From: Nitrospirota bacterium
Lineage (GTDB): Bacteria > Nitrospirota > Thermodesulfovibrionia > Thermodesulfovibrionales > Dissulfurispiraceae
Length of the DNA: 51,227 nucleotides
Assembly (NCBI GenBank): GCA_040754455.1
Contig: JBFMCP010000024.1
Coordinates: 1 to 51,227, forward strand
Reading direction: 5' to 3'
The notes under the pieces were generated by a model that saw only the letters and a list, made by a program, of their open reading frames with translations, made no database searches and had not been told where the DNA came from. Of this stretch, positions 20,550 to 30,685 are shown piece after piece (positions within the stretch are counted from its first letter, which is position 1; each line of letters starts with the position of its first letter). The translations under genes were made by a program, and so were the position numbers.

Positions 20550-21908
20550 CTATAGTACCGTTTCCAAAAGTTTATTGATCTGCCCTTTCCAGATCGTCAT
20601 CACCGGCACACCTTTAACGCTCCATCCATCAAACGGCGAGTTCTTGCCCATCGATGCGAAGCCTCTCGCATCAATCGTTGACTCTTTGCCGGTGTCGACG
20701 ATGACCACGTCAGCATCCGCCCCGACACGCAGTGTCCCCCTCTCCAGACCTAAGATGCGTGCAGGATTGAGCGACATCTTCTCCACAAGTTGATGCATCG
20801 AGAGCACCTTGTCTTCAACCAATCTCAGGCTCAGGCTCAATGCAGTCTCAAGACCGGAGATGCCCGGCGGCGCCTTGTCGAATTCGAGCAGTTTCTCATC
20901 CCTGTGGTGCGGCGCGTGGTCGGTGGCAATGACATCAAGCGTGCCGTCCCTGAGCCCCTCGCGTATCGCATCGACATCCCTCCGTGTTCTCAGCGGAGGG
21001 TTTACTTTGGCATTGGTGTTGTAGCCCTTCACCGCGTCCTCGGTGATGCTGAAATAATGGGGACAGGTCTCGGCAGTTACCGCGATACCGCGCTCTTTCG
21101 CCTGTCTGATCAGCCGCACCGAGCCCTCGGTCGATACGTGGGCGATATGCAGCTTGCCGCCGGTAAGTTCGGCAAGGAGGATATCCCGTGCCACCATGAC
21201 CTCCTCAGCAGCCGCAGGGAGACCCTTCAGTCCCAGCATCGTGCAAAGCGGTCCCTCATTCATGTGGCCGGCATCGGTGAGCGTCAGATCTTCGCAGTGG
21301 GATATGATCGGCACACCGAATATCCTAGAGTACTCAAGAGCCCTGCGCATGATGATGCTGCTCATCACCGGCCTTCCGTCATCGGAGAAGGCGATGCACC
21401 CGGCATCATACATCAGTCCCATTTCTGCAAGCTCTTCGCCCTTTTGCCCCTTGGTGATGGCGCCTATAGGAAGCACCGTGCAGACCCCCTCCTTGAGTGC
21501 TGTTTTGATCATAAAGGCCGTAACGGTGGGGTTATCGTTCACCGGACTGGTGTTGGGCATGGCACATACAGTCGTAAACCCGCCGCGGAGGGCGGCAAGG
21601 GTCCCTGTCCTGATCGTCTCCTTGTGCTCAAACCCGGGCTCCCGCAGATGCGTATGCATGTCTACAAGGCCGGGGATGATCACCATACCCTTCGCATCGA
21701 TGATGATGGCGTCGTCGCCTTCAGCAGTCCTTTCCCTCTTCTGCATCTCCGATTTGCCGCGTTTGCGTGCCTCTCCGCCCTCATGCCTGCCGTTCTTCAT
21801 GGACAACCCGGCAATCCTGCCCCGTTCAATGATAATATCGCCGATGCCCTCGATACCCTGCGAGGGGTCGATGAGAGCACCGTTCTTTATGACAATAGGT
21901 TTATCCAT
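20550..21908 (-). CDS. pyrC: Dihydroorotase
   Basis: DMHTHLREPG, KVNPPLR, ATDHAPH, KNSPFDG. Confidence 0.96.
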   Translation of the reverse strand: MDKPIVIKNGALIDPSQGIEGIGDIIIERGRIAGLSMKNGRHEGGEARKRGKSEMQKRERTAEGDDAIIIDAKGMVIIPGLVDMHTHLREPGFEHKETIRTGTLAALRGGFTTVCAMPNTSPVNDNPTVTAFMIKTALKEGVCTVLPIGAITKGQKGEELAEMGLMYDAGCIAFSDDGRPVMSSIIMRRALEYSRIFGVPIISHCEDLTLTDAGHMNEGPLCTMLGLKGLPAAAEEVMVARDILLAELTGGKLHIAHVSTEGSVRLIRQAKERGIAVTAETCPHYFSITEDAVKGYNTNAKVNPPLRTRRDVDAIREGLRDGTLDVIATDHAPHHRDEKLLEFDKAPPGISGLETALSLSLRLVEDKVLSMHQLVEKMSLNPARILGLERGTLRVGADADVVIVDTGKESTIDARGFASMGKNSPFDGWSVKGVPVMTIWKGQINKLLETVL

Positions 21909-21910
21909 GT

Positions 21911-22819
21911 TCAGTCGCCCCCCACCAGCATATACATAACCGCCATTCTCACGGCGATACCGTTCGTCACCTGATCGAGGATCACCGATTGAGGACTATC
22001 CGCTGCATCGGAGGATATCTCGATACCGCGGTTCATAGGTCCCGGATGCATGACAATGGCATCCTTATGTGCAAGCGCAAGCCGCTTTTTATCAAGCCCC
22101 CAATACCTGAAATACTCCCGTGTCGAAGGGAAGTACCCCTTGCTCTGACGCTCTGTCTGGATCCTGAGCATCATGACGACATCCACATCCTTTATGCCCT
22201 TGTCCATATCATAGAAGACCTCGACGCCATATTCACTCATATCGGGAATGAGCGGCGGCGGACCGATGAGCCTGATCTTCGTATTGAATTTCGAGAGGAG
22301 GTAGATATTCGATTTCGCCACCCTGCTGTGGTGCACGTCGCCGATAATGGCGATCGCGAGTCCGTCAAGAGAGCCCTTCTTTTCGATGATACTGAAGGCA
22401 TCGAGCAGTGCCTGCGTCGGGTGCTCATTGATGCCGTCGCCTGCATTGATCACCGAAGCATTGACGTTGCGCGCGATGAAATGAGGAACGCCGCTCGAAG
22501 AGTGTCGGATAACGATAAAATCCACTCCGTACGCTTCGATGGTCTTGATCGTGTCGTACAGACTTTCGCCTTTGACGACGCTGCTGGTCGGCACCGAGAA
22601 GTTGAGTACATCGGTGCTCAGGCGCTTCTCTGCAAGCTCAAACGAGGTCCTCGTTCTCGTCGAGGGCTCGAAGAAGAGATTAAATACCGTCTTGCCCCGG
22701 AGGGCGGGCACCTTCTTGATATCTCTCCTCAAGACATCCTTGAACGAGGAAGCAGTCGTGAGTATCGATTCGATCCGCTCCTTGGAGAGCTCTTTTATAC
22801 CGACTAAATCTTTGGGCAT
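21911..22819 (-). CDS. pyrB: Aspartate carbamoyltransferase catalytic subunit
   Basis: [36 protein letters not shown]. Confidence 0.97.
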   Translation of the reverse strand: MPKDLVGIKELSKERIESILTTASSFKDVLRRDIKKVPALRGKTVFNLFFEPSTRTRTSFELAEKRLSTDVLNFSVPTSSVVKGESLYDTIKTIEAYGVDFIVIRHSSSGVPHFIARNVNASVINAGDGINEHPTQALLDAFSIIEKKGSLDGLAIAIIGDVHHSRVAKSNIYLLSKFNTKIRLIGPPPLIPDMSEYGVEVFYDMDKGIKDVDVVMMLRIQTERQSKGYFPSTREYFRYWGLDKKRLALAHKDAIVMHPGPMNRGIEISSDAADSPQSVILDQVTNGIAVRMAVMYMLVGGD

Positions 22820-22823
22820 GGCG

Positions 22824-23354
22824 TCACGCTTTTGCCTGTATTAAAATTCTGTCCTCAAGGCCTTCTTCCTCGAGCTGTACCTCGATATTTTCGGTCTTTG
22901 AGGTAGGTATGTTCTTTCCGACGAAATCAGCCCGAATGGGCAGTTCCCTATGCCCTCTGTCGATAAGCACCGCCAGCTGTATCGATGCAGGACGGCCGAA
23001 GTCCATCAATGCATCCATGGCTGCGCGGATCGATCTGCCGGTATAGATGACATCATCGACGAGGATGATCTTTTTCCCGACAATGTCGCAGGGGATATCG
23101 GTCTTTCTGACGACGGGGTGGTCCTTACGCATGCCGAGGTCATCGCGGTAGAGCGAGATATCGAGCGACCCCACTGGAATCTCCGCATGCTCGATATCCT
23201 TTATCTTTCTTGAGAGCCGCTTGGCGAGATGCACCCCGCCGCGCTGGATGCCGACGAGGCAGAGGTCCTCGGTGCCCTTGTTCTTCTCCACGATCTCATG
23301 GGCTATTCTCGATACAATCCGTTCGATATCTTTCTTGTTTAAAAGCTCTTTCAT
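22824..23354 (-). CDS. pyrR: Bifunctional pyr operon attenuation protein / uracil phosphoribosyltransferase
   Basis: [51 protein letters not shown]. Start at MKELL (23354); the longer ORF-track start lies within the attenuator. Confidence 0.95.
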   Translation of the reverse strand: MKELLNKKDIERIVSRIAHEIVEKNKGTEDLCLVGIQRGGVHLAKRLSRKIKDIEHAEIPVGSLDISLYRDDLGMRKDHPVVRKTDIPCDIVGKKIILVDDVIYTGRSIRAAMDALMDFGRPASIQLAVLIDRGHRELPIRADFVGKNIPTSKTENIEVQLEEEGLEDRILIQAKA

Positions 23355-23365
23355 TGCATTACACC

Positions 23366-23400
23366 AATAAAAAAGCCTTCCCCTCGTGCAGGAGGAAGGC
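23366..23400 (-). terminator. Intrinsic terminator (attenuator) of the pyr leader
   Basis: Minus strand GCCTTCCTC-CTGCAC-GAGGGGAAGGC followed by TTTTTTATT, just upstream of pyrR. Confidence 0.85.
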
Positions 23401-23432
23401 GTATCTATGTACAAGAATATTCACACAGCGCT

Positions 23433-23463
23433 CCTTTTAGTCTCACGGGACTATCATTAAAGG
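23433..23463 (-). ncRNA. PyrR-binding site RNA (cis-regulatory)
   Basis: Minus strand CCTTTAATGAT-AGTCCCGTGAGACT-AAAAGG matches the PyrR binding-loop consensus (CUUUAA...ARUCCNGNGAGGYU...AAGG). Confidence 0.88.
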
Positions 23464-23470
23464 CTCCTTT

Positions 23471-23499
23471 ATTAAAGCATAAAATTACGGGCATGTCAA
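23471..23499 (-). promoter_or_regulatory. Sigma70-type promoter of the pyr operon
   Basis: TTGACA-17 bp-TTTAAT with a TG extended -10, directly upstream of the PyrR site. Confidence 0.7.
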
Positions 23500-23821
23500 A
23501 GGCAGCTATGATCAGTTTCCACATCCGATCATCTCATCACGGGTTTACGAGCTGTCATCTTACAACTATTGTGAAGGGGGTAGAGAGAGCAGAGATCAAA
23601 GAGAAAAATTTAAAAATAAGTTCCTTAATTTTCATCTTTGCTCTTTTCGTTGCCGTTACACCGGAATGCGCCGTTTATGAGACAGCTTCTGCATCTTACG
23701 TGCCGACATTCGGATATCAGTCCGTAGGAATATACGCGTAGTATATGGAAATGTTACTAAAAGCTGTGCTATTTTAATAGTTCATATACCAACGCTGTCC
23801 ACCAGACCAAGGAGTAACGCT

Positions 23822-25555
23822 ATGAAAATTTCAGGTGCGGAGATTATAATCGAAACGCTCAAGCGAGAGGGAGTAAAACATATTTTCGGCTATCCCGGAG
23901 GGGTTATCCTGAATATCTTCGATCTCCTTCACGATGACAAAGACCTCAAACTCATATTAACCAGGCATGAGCAGGGTGCGGTCCATGCAGCGGATGGCTA
24001 CGCACGTGCCACCGGGAAACCGGGAGTCGCACTGGTCACCTCAGGGCCCGGCGCAACCAATACCGTGACCGGCATAGCCACGGCCTCGATGGATTCCGTT
24101 CCCCTTGTGGTCCTGACAGGGCAGGTTCCGACATTCCTTATAGGTAACGACGCGTTCCAGGAGGCGGACATCGTTGGCATCACCCGTCCCTGCACAAAAT
24201 ACAACATCCTTTCAAAGGATGTAAAGGAGCTTGCCACCCAGCTCAGAGAGGCCTTTCACATCGCAAAGACCGGGAGGCCCGGTCCGGTGGTCATTGATCT
24301 TCCCAAGGATGTAACGTCGGCCAAAACGGACTTCCACTGGCCCGATAAAGTGTCGCTCAGGAGTTACAATCCCACGTATGAGGGAAACAAATGGATGATC
24401 GAAAAGGCGGCCCATGAGATCGCGAAGGCCAAAAAGCCCGTTGTCATCGCGGGCGGCGGCTGTATCATCTCCGAAGCCTCTCACGAGCTGAAGGAGCTCG
24501 CAGAGATCACCAAAGTGCCTGTCACCATGACCCTGATGGGCCTCGGCAGTTTTCCCGGAACCCATCCCCTTTCACTCGGCATGCTCGGCATGCACGGCAC
24601 CTACTATGCAAACAAGAGCGTTCAGGATTCGGACCTGCTGATCGCCATCGGTATGCGTTTCGATGACAGGGTCACGGGAAAGATCGAAGGATTCGCGCCG
24701 CATGCAAAGATAATCCATATCGATATCGATCCCACCTCCATTAGAAAGAACGTCCGGGTCGATATACCGATTGTCGGTGACGTAAAGAACGTGCTTACTA
24801 TTCTGAACAAGATATTGAAGAAGGATATAAAAGAGCAGTGGGGAGAGATCAGGAAGTCCTGGCTGAAGCAGATCGATGAGTGGAAGAAGGAGCATCCCCT
24901 GAGCTACACCTATGTTGATGACGTCATCAAACCGCAGTTCGTCGTCGAGAAGATCTACGAGCTCACCAAGGGGGATGCCATCATCACCACCGAGGTCGGA
25001 CAGAACCAGATGTGGGCGGCGCAGTTCTACAAATTCGACAAGCCGAGGCGGTTGCTGACCTCCGGCGGCCTCGGTACCATGGGGTACGGGTTCCCCGCTG
25101 CTATCGGTGCCCAGCTCGCCTGTCCAGACAAGCTGGTCATCGATATTGCCGGTGACGGCAGCATTCAGATGAACATTCAGGAACTCGCCACTGCAGTGAT
25201 CTATAAGCTGCCGGTAAAGGTGGCCATTCTGAACAACCGCTATCTCGGCATGGTACGGCAGTGGCAGGAGCTCTTCTTTCAGGAGCGGTACTCCCATACC
25301 TCGCTCGATGTCACTCCCGACTTTGTCGAGCTCGCCCACGCCTATGGCGCGGTCGGTCTGAGGGCCACCAAGCCGAGCGAGGTCGAGCCGGTGCTGAAAG
25401 AGGCGTTCAAGACCAAGCGGCCGGTATTCATGGACTTCGTGATCGATTGGAAGGAAAAAGTGTACCCTATGGTACCTGCAGGCGCTACGCTGGACACCAT
25501 GCTCTTTGAAGAGAAGGAAAAAAAGCCTGAAAAGAAGCTGAAGGCAGTCAAGTAA
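23822..25555 (+). CDS. ilvB: Acetolactate synthase large subunit
   Basis: [46 protein letters not shown]...NN. Confidence 0.97.
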   Translation: MKISGAEIIIETLKREGVKHIFGYPGGVILNIFDLLHDDKDLKLILTRHEQGAVHAADGYARATGKPGVALVTSGPGATNTVTGIATASMDSVPLVVLTGQVPTFLIGNDAFQEADIVGITRPCTKYNILSKDVKELATQLREAFHIAKTGRPGPVVIDLPKDVTSAKTDFHWPDKVSLRSYNPTYEGNKWMIEKAAHEIAKAKKPVVIAGGGCIISEASHELKELAEITKVPVTMTLMGLGSFPGTHPLSLGMLGMHGTYYANKSVQDSDLLIAIGMRFDDRVTGKIEGFAPHAKIIHIDIDPTSIRKNVRVDIPIVGDVKNVLTILNKILKKDIKEQWGEIRKSWLKQIDEWKKEHPLSYTYVDDVIKPQFVVEKIYELTKGDAIITTEVGQNQMWAAQFYKFDKPRRLLTSGGLGTMGYGFPAAIGAQLACPDKLVIDIAGDGSIQMNIQELATAVIYKLPVKVAILNNRYLGMVRQWQELFFQERYSHTSLDVTPDFVELAHAYGAVGLRATKPSEVEPVLKEAFKTKRPVFMDFVIDWKEKVYPMVPAGATLDTMLFEEKEKKPEKKLKAVK

Positions 25556-25566
25556 GGGAGGAAACG

Positions 25567-26055
25567 GTGAGACACACGATTTCAGTGCTTGTTGAAAATA
25601 AATTCGGCGTACTTTCGAGAGTAGCAGGGCTCTTCAGCGGCAGAGGGTACAACATCGAGAGCCTTTCGGTCGGCGAGACCATCGATCCGCAGATTTCGGT
25701 CATGACGATCGTCACTTCCGGAGACGACTGGGTCATCGAACAGATCAACAAACAGCTCAACAAACTGATTGATGTCATCAAAGTCACCGACCTCTCCGAG
25801 CTCGACCATGTCGAGCGCGAGATGGTGCTGCTTAAAGTCGCTCCCCGCCAGGACAACAAAGCGGAGGTGCTGCGCATCACCGAGATTTTCAGGGGGAAAG
25901 TGGTCGATTCGAGCCCCACGACCTATACCATCGAGATCACCGGGGACGAGAAGAAAATCGAGGCGTTTATCGAGCTGATGAAGCCGATGGGCATCAAGGA
26001 ATTCGTCAGGACCGGAAAAGTGGCCATAGCACGGGAAATCAGCAGAAAGAAATAG
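25567..26055 (+). CDS. ilvN: Acetolactate synthase small subunit
   Basis: [44 protein letters not shown]. Confidence 0.97.
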   Translation: MRHTISVLVENKFGVLSRVAGLFSGRGYNIESLSVGETIDPQISVMTIVTSGDDWVIEQINKQLNKLIDVIKVTDLSELDHVEREMVLLKVAPRQDNKAEVLRITEIFRGKVVDSSPTTYTIEITGDEKKIEAFIELMKPMGIKEFVRTGKVAIAREISRKK

Positions 26056-26070
26056 TTTTGCAGGAGCACC

Positions 26071-27315
26071 ATGGGCAGCAACAATAATAAAGTATATCTC
26101 ATCGACGTTACCAATAGAGACGGTGTGCAGACATCGAGAATTCTTCTGCCAAAGCTTTCGAAAACAATGCTGAATCTCTATCTCGATGAGATGGGCATCT
26201 ACCAGAGCGAGTTCGGGTTCCCTACGATCAGGCACGAGGTCAATTATATCAATGCAAATCTTGAGCTTGCCAGGATGGGTGCCATCAAGAGGACCCATCT
26301 CGAAGGATGGTGCCGAGCGGTGCCCGAGGACATCAAACTGACCTTCAAAAACTGCCCTGAGATAAAGCACCTCAATCTCTCGATGTCGACATCGGAGATC
26401 ATGCTCCGGGGGAAGTTCCAGGGAAAGAAGAGCTGGAAGGACATCCTCAGAACCGTTGCTGATTCGATCAAACTGGCCAAAGAGCTCGGGGCCCTCACGG
26501 TAGGCATTAATGCAGAGGATGCATCGAGGACCGAACTCGACCGTCTCATAGAGTACGCCCTCGCGGGCAAAGAGGCGGGCGCCGACCGGTTCAGATATTG
26601 CGATACCCTCGGCGCCGATGATCCCATTACAATCTACGAGCGCATCAAAGCCCTTTCGTACGCGACAAAGTTTCCGGTCGAGATGCACTGCCATAATGAC
26701 CTCGGCATGGGCGAGGCGGTATCGGTGGCAGGTGCCCAGGGCGCCATCGAGGCCGGTGTCGATGCGTACATCAACACCACAATCAACGGCTACGGTGAAC
26801 GTGCGGGAAACTGCGATCTCGTCTCCACGATCCTCGCGCTCAAGTTTTCCCATGGATTGAAGGACAAAGTCCCGCTCGATGAGCACGTCGACCTGAAGAG
26901 ATCGTGGAAAATAGCACGCTATGCATCGTACGCCTTTAATCTTCCGATTCCCATCAACCAGGTCGGTGTCGGCGCGAATGCCTTTGCGCACGAATCAGGC
27001 ATTCATGCCGATGGTGCGCTGAAGGACAGGAGAAACTATGAACTCTACGATCCCGAGGACGTCGGCAGAGGAGAGCCGGAGCTTCTCGAGACCGGCCGTG
27101 TCATTACCACTGGCGAATACGGCGGGATCAAGGGATTCAGGCATGTCTACAGCAAGCTCGGCATCGAATTCCACGATGACAACGAGGCGCGGAGAATCCT
27201 GGAGCTCGCCCAGTACGCAAACCTCCATACTCAGAAGCCGCTGACCGATGATGAGTTGCGGTTCATCGCCCAGTATCCGGAAGTGGCGAGAAAAATCCTG
27301 ACCGTGAACCCCTAG
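26071..27315 (+). CDS. DRE-TIM metallolyase, homocitrate synthase / Re-citrate synthase-like
   Basis: DVTNRDGVQ, HCHNDLG, GYGERAGN, NAFAHESGIHADG. No LeuA regulatory domain. Confidence 0.8.
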   Translation: MGSNNNKVYLIDVTNRDGVQTSRILLPKLSKTMLNLYLDEMGIYQSEFGFPTIRHEVNYINANLELARMGAIKRTHLEGWCRAVPEDIKLTFKNCPEIKHLNLSMSTSEIMLRGKFQGKKSWKDILRTVADSIKLAKELGALTVGINAEDASRTELDRLIEYALAGKEAGADRFRYCDTLGADDPITIYERIKALSYATKFPVEMHCHNDLGMGEAVSVAGAQGAIEAGVDAYINTTINGYGERAGNCDLVSTILALKFSHGLKDKVPLDEHVDLKRSWKIARYASYAFNLPIPINQVGVGANAFAHESGIHADGALKDRRNYELYDPEDVGRGEPELLETGRVITTGEYGGIKGFRHVYSKLGIEFHDDNEARRILELAQYANLHTQKPLTDDELRFIAQYPEVARKILTVNP

Positions 27316-27501
27316 GCAGGGATACTGGACCACCGCCATTTCAGAAATTAATGTAAAAAATGGTATAATTATCGTGTATGGATCCAAACCTATCGCTTTC
27401 GGGATCGTATCAACGACATGCCATTGAGTTCCACAATAAAGGGGGGATGATGAAGAGCACTCCTTCATCTCCCCTTCGCTTATTCCTTTTTATCCCTCTC
27501 T

Positions 27502-28806
27502 ATGTGGCCTGATATTTTACTGATAGCGCTCTTTATCCTCATCAACGGTTTTTTTGCTGCTGCAGAAATTGCCGTCGTCACGATGCGGAAAACGCGTATC
27601 AAGCAGCTCATTGATGAGGGAAGGAAGGATGCCGAAGCCCTCAACAGGCTGAGGGAGGCGCCCGACCGCTTTCTCGCTACTATCCAGATCGGTGTCACCC
27701 TGGCAGGCGTCATCGCCTCTGCCCTCGGCGGCGCTGCGGCAGTCGAAGTCATTGAGCCGATCGTCGCAGCTGTTCCCATTCCCCCCATCGCTGCTTATGC
27801 CGAAGGGATCGCCATCGGGATTGTCGTCATTGCGATCACTTACTTCTCCCTTGTCTTCGGCGAGCTTATTCCCAAGTCTCTGGCGCTCTCCAACCCCGAG
27901 GGCATCGGCCTCTGGGTTGCTCCAAAAGTTGAAAAGTTTTCGAAGCTGGCGACCGTGCTGGTTAAGATCTTTACCGCGAGTACGGACCTCCTGCTCAAAC
28001 CTTTCCACAAGAAGGTTTTTACCGGACGAGGCTATATCTCCGAAGAGGAGGTAAAGCTGCTCATCGAAGAAGGCGGCGAACAGGGCGTCTTTGAGCCGGA
28101 TGAGAAGGAATTGATCCACAGCGTTTTCGAATTCACCGACACCTCGGTCAAAGAGGTGATGATCCCCGCGCCCCAGATGGTCACCATCGGTCTCGGCATG
28201 TCCGTCGAAGAGGTAAAGTCCATCATCTCCGAAGAGAAGTTCTCCCGCTATCCGGTGATCGGCAAGGATATCAACGACATCAGAGGAATTCTCTACGCCA
28301 AGGATTTCTATAACATTCTCTCCAAAAAAGGCAGCGTCGAGATCCATAAGATCGTCAAGCCGCCCCTTTTCATTCCCGAAACCATGAAGATCAGTATTCT
28401 TCTGAGAGAAATGCAGAAAAAGAGGATTCATATGGCCATTGCCATCGACGAATACGGGTCGGTCTCGGGGCTGGTGACACTGGAGGACCTGCTGGAAGAG
28501 ATCGTCGGCGAGATCAGGGACGAGTACGACACCGAGAGCCCGGTCATTACGCTCGGTGACGGCTCGATGATCATCGATGCTTCCATAAGCGTCAGCGACC
28601 TCAACGAGGATTATCAGGTCGCTATTCCTGAATCGACAGAGTATGAGACCCTGGGAGGGTTCATCGTGACACATCTGCAGCGGATTCCAAAACCAGGCGA
28701 TATCGTCGAGCTCGACAGCAAGCGGCTGAAGGTCGTCGAAATGGTAGCCCAGAGGATCGCAAAAGTAAAGATGGAGAAGATTGACACTGAAGAAAAAGTT
28801 TCATAA
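27502..28806 (+). CDS. Hemolysin-family CNNM/CBS/CorC_HlyC protein (putative Mg2+/Co2+ efflux)
   Basis: NGFFAAAEIA, FLATIQIGVT, GELIPKS, two CBS domains, DEYG..GLVTLEDLLEEIVGEIRDEYD. Confidence 0.92.
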   Translation: MWPDILLIALFILINGFFAAAEIAVVTMRKTRIKQLIDEGRKDAEALNRLREAPDRFLATIQIGVTLAGVIASALGGAAAVEVIEPIVAAVPIPPIAAYAEGIAIGIVVIAITYFSLVFGELIPKSLALSNPEGIGLWVAPKVEKFSKLATVLVKIFTASTDLLLKPFHKKVFTGRGYISEEEVKLLIEEGGEQGVFEPDEKELIHSVFEFTDTSVKEVMIPAPQMVTIGLGMSVEEVKSIISEEKFSRYPVIGKDINDIRGILYAKDFYNILSKKGSVEIHKIVKPPLFIPETMKISILLREMQKKRIHMAIAIDEYGSVSGLVTLEDLLEEIVGEIRDEYDTESPVITLGDGSMIIDASISVSDLNEDYQVAIPESTEYETLGGFIVTHLQRIPKPGDIVELDSKRLKVVEMVAQRIAKVKMEKIDTEEKVS

Positions 28807-28834
28807 TATCTAATAAACAATCTTCGGAGGAATT

Positions 28835-28993
28835 ATGGAAAAATGGAAATGCACGATCTGCGGCTATGTCTACGATCCCGAGGCGGGTGACCCTGATTCC
28901 GGCATTGCACCCGGCACTCCTTTTGAGCAGATCCCCGATACCTGGGTCTGTCCCATCTGCGGCGCTTCAAAAGATATGTTCGAGAAAGTCTAG
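28835..28993 (+). CDS. Rubredoxin (52 aa, below the ORF-track cutoff)
   Basis: [52 protein letters not shown] with GGAGG RBS. Confidence 0.97.
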   Translation: MEKWKCTICGYVYDPEAGDPDSGIAPGTPFEQIPDTWVCPICGASKDMFEKV

Positions 28994-29008
28994 GGCTCTG
29001 GAGGGCGA

Positions 29009-29494
29009 ATGAATTCAGTCGAAATTTCTCTTAAAATGGAGACCGATGCAATCAAGTTTTATAGCGAAGCGGCGGATAAGACGCGACATCCTGTCGGTAA
29101 GAAGATGTTCCTCTCGGTAGCTGAAGATGAAAAACGCCACCTCGAGATGCTCTCCCGTTTGCTCAAGGGTTTGGAACTCTCGATCGCAGAGGCAAGTCCC
29201 ATGGGTCAGATAAAGACCATCTTCGAAACGATGAAAGATGAGATGATGCAGCGGGTTGCTGCGACCGGCGACGAGATGGAGGCTTTCAGGATAGCAATGG
29301 ACATGGAGCAGGAAGGTGCGGCGTTCTACCGTAAAGCTGCTGCGGCGGCAGCAACGGATAAGGAAAAAAAGCTTTTCGAGCAGCTGGTGCATGAGGAGGA
29401 ACAGCACTTCGCCATATTCTCCAACACCTACAGCTTCATGAAGGATACCGGAAACTGGTTCATGTGGGAAGAGCACAGCATCGTTGAGGGGTGA
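29009..29494 (+). CDS. Ferritin-like / rubrerythrin-domain protein
   Basis: Two E...FY...EExxH-type diiron repeats (EDEKRH, EEEQH), downstream of rubredoxin. Confidence 0.88.
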   Translation: MNSVEISLKMETDAIKFYSEAADKTRHPVGKKMFLSVAEDEKRHLEMLSRLLKGLELSIAEASPMGQIKTIFETMKDEMMQRVAATGDEMEAFRIAMDMEQEGAAFYRKAAAAAATDKEKKLFEQLVHEEEQHFAIFSNTYSFMKDTGNWFMWEEHSIVEG

Positions 29495-29583
29495 GCTCCC
29501 TCTCCGTTCATAGTTCATAGCTCGTGTTTTTGACCACTACGTCGTCTTTTTTGCCATGAACGGTGAGAACGGAGTGCGATAAA

Positions 29584-30387
29584 CTACTTAAGCCCCAGTA
29601 CATCCTGCATATCGTAAAGCCCCGGAGTCTTATTGGCGATCCAGAGGGCGGCCTTTAATGCTCCCCGCGCAAACGTATCCCTGCTCGAGGCCTTATGGGT
29701 GATCTCGATCCGCTCTCCCAGACCGCCGAAGAGAACTGTATGCTCGCCGACAATGTCTCCTGCCCTCACCGTCTGGATGCCGATCTCTTTCTTCGTCCGC
29801 TCGCCGATCATCCCTTTCCGGGCATAGATGGCGACCTCATCGAGATTTCGATTGACGGCATCGGCGATCACCTGTGCCATTTTCAGTGCGGTACCGCTCG
29901 GCGCATCCTTTTTCAGCCGGTGATGGGCCTCCACGATCTCGATATCGTAATCATCTCCAAGTACCCGTGCCACGTCCTGCAATACTTTGAGGAGCAGATT
30001 AACCCCCACGCTCATGTTGGGTGCAAGGACAATGGGGACTGCTTTTGCAAAGCCGCTTATTGTCTCGATGTCATCCTTTGAAAGACCGGTCGTGCCGATC
30101 ACTACAGCCTTTTTACGTTCGGCGGCAAGTTTCACATGGTTCATGGTAGCGCCGGTCGAAGTGAAATCGATAATCACATCGGCAGCATCGATAACTGTTG
30201 CGAGCTCGTCGGTCAGCTTTACCGAGGTCTCGCCGATTCCGACCAGAGGACCGATGTCCTTTCCGACATCGGCATGGCCCTTCCGCTCGAGAGCACCTGC
30301 AAGTTTCAATCCCTGATACTCTTTAGAAAGTGCGGTAATCCTGCTGCCCATCCGGCCTGTTGCACCGGTTACGATGATCTTTACCAT
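29584..30387 (-). CDS. dapB: 4-hydroxy-tetrahydrodipicolinate reductase
   Basis: GATGRMG, IDFT, GTTG, EAHHRLKKDAPSGTA, RAGDIVGEH. Confidence 0.97.
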   Translation of the reverse strand: MVKIIVTGATGRMGSRITALSKEYQGLKLAGALERKGHADVGKDIGPLVGIGETSVKLTDELATVIDAADVIIDFTSTGATMNHVKLAAERKKAVVIGTTGLSKDDIETISGFAKAVPIVLAPNMSVGVNLLLKVLQDVARVLGDDYDIEIVEAHHRLKKDAPSGTALKMAQVIADAVNRNLDEVAIYARKGMIGERTKKEIGIQTVRAGDIVGEHTVLFGGLGERIEITHKASSRDTFARGALKAALWIANKTPGLYDMQDVLGLK

Positions 30388-30410
30388 CGACCAGCTCCTC
30401 CTTTATATGA

Positions 30411-30593
30411 TCATTCTTCATGCTCTGATTTCGTCTCCTCGCGCTCTTTGCCGGCATCCTCGTCCGGAACCTTGTATTCCCCGGTGGCCCACTTGCCGAG
30501 GTCAATGAGCTTGCAGCGCTCGGAGCAGAAAGGCCGCCAGGGGTTCTCCTCCCAGGTCGTCTTCTTTTTACATACGGGACAGGTTATCTGCAT
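30411..30593 (-). CDS. yacG: DNA gyrase inhibitor YacG
   Basis: CPVC...[16 protein letters not shown]. Confidence 0.92.
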   Translation of the reverse strand: MQITCPVCKKKTTWEENPWRPFCSERCKLIDLGKWATGEYKVPDEDAGKEREETKSEHEE

Positions 30594-30685
30594 ACCACAT
30601 CACCATTCGTACAACCCTTACTAAGAATTATAAACGAAGCACACCTTTTTTGGTATCAATCGAGGATACAACAGCAGATTCGGCC

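Noticed and set aside
23752..23778. Short [11 protein letters not shown] upstream of ilvB as a possible attenuator leader peptide
   Set aside because: No terminator/antiterminator follows, there is no clear RBS, and it overlaps the likely -10 region.
25582..26991. Long antisense ORFs (469 aa here; also 20790-21974, 27517-28674, 13917-14918 and others)
   Set aside because: They lie opposite well-identified genes and have no recognisable motifs; they are shadow ORFs produced by codon bias.
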